A program made the position numbers and the translations under genes. DNA of 64,000 nucleotides from Candidatus Latescibacterota bacterium. GTDB taxonomy: Bacteria > Latescibacterota > UBA2968 > UBA8231. The notes beneath the pieces were generated by a model that saw only the letters and a program-made list of their open reading frames with translations, was not told the DNA's origin and searched no databases. Positions 61,087-64,000 of the stretch are shown here, in pieces. The stretch is from assembly GCA_965215195.1 (NCBI GenBank), contig CBDCDC010000002.1, positions 4,352,001 through 4,416,000 of the forward strand. The letters run 5' to 3'. Each line of letters starts with the position of its first letter. Position 1 is the stretch's first letter.

Positions 61087-64000
61087 CGCGAGAAAGGGCA
61101 CCGTGCTGGCCGCGCTGCTGAGCCTGTGGGGGTGGGGATGCTCGCCCGAGTCGGTATCGGAGCGGAATGCAGAGAGGCTGGCACCTGTCGTGCGCTTTAC
61201 AGATGCGGCACAAGCGGCAGGGCTGGACTTCGTCCACGTGTCCGGTGGCCCGCAGCAGCGCTACATTCTGGAAGCCATGGGCTCGGGAGTGGCCTTGTTC
61301 GACTTCGACGCGGATGGCTGGCTAGATGTGTTCGCCGTCAATGGTACCCACACCGAGGACGCACCGGAGACGGGCAACCGCCTCTGGCGCAATGTCCCAG
61401 CCACTGACGGCGGCCGAGCATTTGCAGAGGTGACGCAAGCGGCCGGGTTAGGGCAAACGGGCTGGGGCATGGGCTGCGCGGTGGCCGACTACGATAACGA
61501 TGGCGACCTCGACCTTTACGTCACCTACTGGGGGCCGAACGCGCTTTACCGCAACGAGGGAAACGGCACCTTTACCTCCGTAGAGGCGGGCACTGAGGAC
61601 CGGCGCTGGGGCACTAGCGCGGCGTTTGGCGATGTCGATTCAGATGGCTGGCTCGATCTCTATGTGGCCAACTACGTGGACTTCGACCTAAATGACCCTC
61701 CCGGCGATGGCGAACCATGCAGCGGCTGGAAGGGCTTGTCCGTGTTCTGTGGCCCCCACGGATTGGACGGCCAAGCCGACGCGCTCTATCGCAATGAGAG
61801 AAACGGCACCTTTGCCGATGTAAGCGCGGCGACCGGGATTGACCAACGGACCTACCTCGGTCTCGGGGTGCTTTTTACCGACTACGACGGAGATGGAGAC
61901 CAAGATATCTACATCGCCAACGACTCAACCCCCAACCTGCTCTATCGCAACGACGATGCTTGGCGGCTGCGCGAGGTCGGGGCCTTCGCCGGTGTGGCCT
62001 ACAGCGAGGGGGGACGCGCCCAAGCCGGCATGGGGCTCGACAGTGGTGACTACGATAACGACGGCGACTTAGACGTCGTAGTCACCAACTTTTCCGACGA
62101 CGTCAATACTCTGTATCAAAACCTAGGAAACGGTTCGTTTGCCGACGCTACCTACGCAGCGGGTCTGGGCGGTGCGGTGCGGCCTTTTTTGGGATGGAGC
62201 ACAGCCCTAGCCGATTTTGATTTGGACGGTTGGCTCGACCTCTTCGTAGCCAATGGCCATCTCTACCCCCAGCTCGAAGCCCGTCCGTTGGGACTTAGCT
62301 ATCGTCAGCGCAATCTACTGTACTGGAACCGGGACGGCGTTTTCACGCTGGCCGACCCCGCGGGCCTAGAGGATGAACAGGTGAGCCGAGGCACGGCCTT
62401 TGGCGACTACGACAACGACGGCGACTTAGACTTGATCGTCAACAACCTCAACGACCGCCTGAACCTGCTGCGTAACGATGGCGGCAACCACAACCACTGG
62501 CTGGGTTTGGATCTGATCGGTGCCGCGGGGCAGTCCGCTGAAGGGGCTAGCGTACGGCTTTGGGCGGGTGGGCAAGTGCTCGTGCGCCCAGCCAAGCGCG
62601 GCTATGGCTATTTGTCCGCCAACGATGGGCGGGTGCTCTTTGGGTTAGGCGGGATCGCGAAAGTGGAAAAAATCGAGATCCGCTGGCCATCGAGGCGGGT
62701 CCAAGTGGTCGAACAACCGACCATCCGGCGCTATTTGGTCTTGCGCGAGGGCGAGGGAGTGGAAATAGCCCACTACAGCCATCATCAGGTGAAGCCGCCA
62801 TCAGCGCGGGTGTCTGCGCCGCTTACCGAGCGCCCAGACTCTATTGAGGCGGTCGCGTTCAATCCAGATTGGACCGCGGAAAAGTACTACGAGCAGGCCA
62901 CTGCGCTATACGGCGAGGGCCGCTACCGGGAGGCGGTGGCCCTGTTGCAGCCAGCGCTCAGGCACTATCCAGACGCGATTCGCCTGTACTACGCGGCCGG
63001 CGTGGCACTCTACGCTGGCTTGGGGCACTACGAGCAAGCGGCCGAGGTGCTAGAGCAGGCTACGGCACGGGATACTTCGGTCGTCGAGGTGGTCAGGTTG
63101 CTGGGGATCAGTTATCTACATCTCAACCAGCCCGCCCAAGCTGTAGCGGCACTAAAGCGAGCGGCGGTGCTGGCACCTGATGACTGGAAAACTCACTACC
63201 GACTCGGCCTAGCCCACAACCACCTCGGGGCCAGCGAGGCGGCCATTGCCGCCTTTGCCAAAGCGCGGGAGCTGGTGCCCCAAGAGCCGATGCCCTATTT
63301 GCACTTGGCGCGAACCTACCAGCGGTTGGGCCAAGGGCAGGCCGCTCACCAAGCCCTGCGTCGCTTTGAGGTGCTGCAACCTCTCGAGCAGGAGATCGCT
63401 CGCTATCGCCAAGCCGTCCGCGTCCATCCCGAGCATCGAGATGCCTACTCGAAATTGGGGCTGGCACTGGCGCGGGCCGGGCGGCTACTAGAAGCACAGC
63501 AGGCGTTCGAGCGATCGCTGGCGCTGGCACCCGACGCCGATACACAGACCAATCTGGCCAATGTTCTGCTGCGCCAAGACGAGCCCCAAGCGGCGATAGC
63601 CCACTACACCCAAGCGTTGGCACAGGATGCAGAGTTGGCCGAAGCTCACTACGGCTTGGGAATGGCCCACTACGCTCGCGGCGAGGCCGCAGAGGCCCTG
63701 CGAGCACTGCGCCGGGCACTGGCTTTGCGGCCGGATTTTCCCAAGGCGCATATCAATACGGGGGTCTTGCTCGAAGAGCAGGATCGTCTAGCCGAAGCAC
63801 TGGACCACTTTCGCCGGGCGGTCGCCTTAGTCCCCGACGACACGAGGGCACTTAACAACCTAGTCATCGCGCTGGCGCGGGCCGGGCGCGTCGATGAGGC
63901 ACGCAAAGTGCTGGAGCAGGCACAAGCCCAGCAGGTGGATCTACCGCTGGCCCGCAAGACGCTGGTGAGAACACTGGTGGTGCTGGCTCAAGCCCAAGCC
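61076..64000 (+). CDS. CRTAC1-like FG-GAP/ASPIC-UnbV protein fused to a TPR array (partial, runs off the window)
   Basis: Absent from the track because it is open-ended. Manual frame: (M)CSSARKGTVLAALLSLWGWGC..., DYDNDGDLDLYV repeats, FGLG...IRWPS, then in-frame TPRs. Start is GTG 61076 or 61103. Confidence 0.85.
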   Translation, partial: MCSSARKGTVLAALLSLWGWGCSPESVSERNAERLAPVVRFTDAAQAAGLDFVHVSGGPQQRYILEAMGSGVALFDFDADGWLDVFAVNGTHTEDAPETGNRLWRNVPATDGGRAFAEVTQAAGLGQTGWGMGCAVADYDNDGDLDLYVTYWGPNALYRNEGNGTFTSVEAGTEDRRWGTSAAFGDVDSDGWLDLYVANYVDFDLNDPPGDGEPCSGWKGLSVFCGPHGLDGQADALYRNERNGTFADVSAATGIDQRTYLGLGVLFTDYDGDGDQDIYIANDSTPNLLYRNDDAWRLREVGAFAGVAYSEGGRAQAGMGLDSGDYDNDGDLDVVVTNFSDDVNTLYQNLGNGSFADATYAAGLGGAVRPFLGWSTALADFDLDGWLDLFVANGHLYPQLEARPLGLSYRQRNLLYWNRDGVFTLADPAGLEDEQVSRGTAFGDYDNDGDLDLIVNNLNDRLNLLRNDGGNHNHWLGLDLIGAAGQSAEGASVRLWAGGQVLVRPAKRGYGYLSANDGRVLFGLGGIAKVEKIEIRWPSRRVQVVEQPTIRRYLVLREGEGVEIAHYSHHQVKPPSARVSAPLTERPDSIEAVAFNPDWTAEKYYEQATALYGEGRYREAVALLQPALRHYPDAIRLYYAAGVALYAGLGHYEQAAEVLEQATARDTSVVEVVRLLGISYLHLNQPAQAVAALKRAAVLAPDDWKTHYRLGLAHNHLGASEAAIAAFAKARELVPQEPMPYLHLARTYQRLGQGQAAHQALRRFEVLQPLEQEIARYRQAVRVHPEHRDAYSKLGLALARAGRLLEAQQAFERSLALAPDADTQTNLANVLLRQDEPQAAIAHYTQALAQDAELAEAHYGLGMAHYARGEAAEALRALRRALALRPDFPKAHINTGVLLEEQDRLAEALDHFRRAVALVPDDTRALNNLVIALARAGRVDEARKVLEQAQAQQVDLPLARKTLVRTLVVLAQAQA

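Overview
GC-rich bacterial chromosome segment. Its gene content (FlgD/CHU_C-tailed secreted proteins, ASPIC-UnbV/CRTAC1 proteins, a DUF6785-like membrane protein, a TWGxIK C-terminal motif) suggests Latescibacterota or a related FCB-group lineage; this is an inference. Housekeeping genes are an M3 oligoendopeptidase, rpe, parE-parC, a DEAD-box helicase and gltX. Three lower-GC inserts interrupt the backbone. (1) A Type II R-M pair: a BanI/HgiCI-like nuclease with an unusual tandem-domain beta-class amino-MTase. (2) The best novelty candidate, about 9.7-20.8 kb: a putative RiPP/glycopeptide cluster encoding a GT-B glycosyltransferase-transglutaminase fusion, a GT2-TPR glycosyltransferase, a stand-alone membrane-anchored C39 peptidase, a 90-aa precursor with a signal-peptide-like N-terminus plus double-glycine site, a CPBP/Abi protease and Yip1, followed by a TonB-dependent receptor and a TPR protein. 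(3) A K+-channel-domain gene paired with a GIY-YIG-like gene. The right two-thirds is a cell-envelope region with four paralogous secreted proteins, PPIases, CRTAC1/TPR proteins and GT-C-TPR glycosyltransferases. The backbone also appears to carry a CCWGG-to-CTWGG mutational scar. No rRNA, tRNA or CRISPR array was seen. All family assignments come from motif recognition by eye, not database searches.
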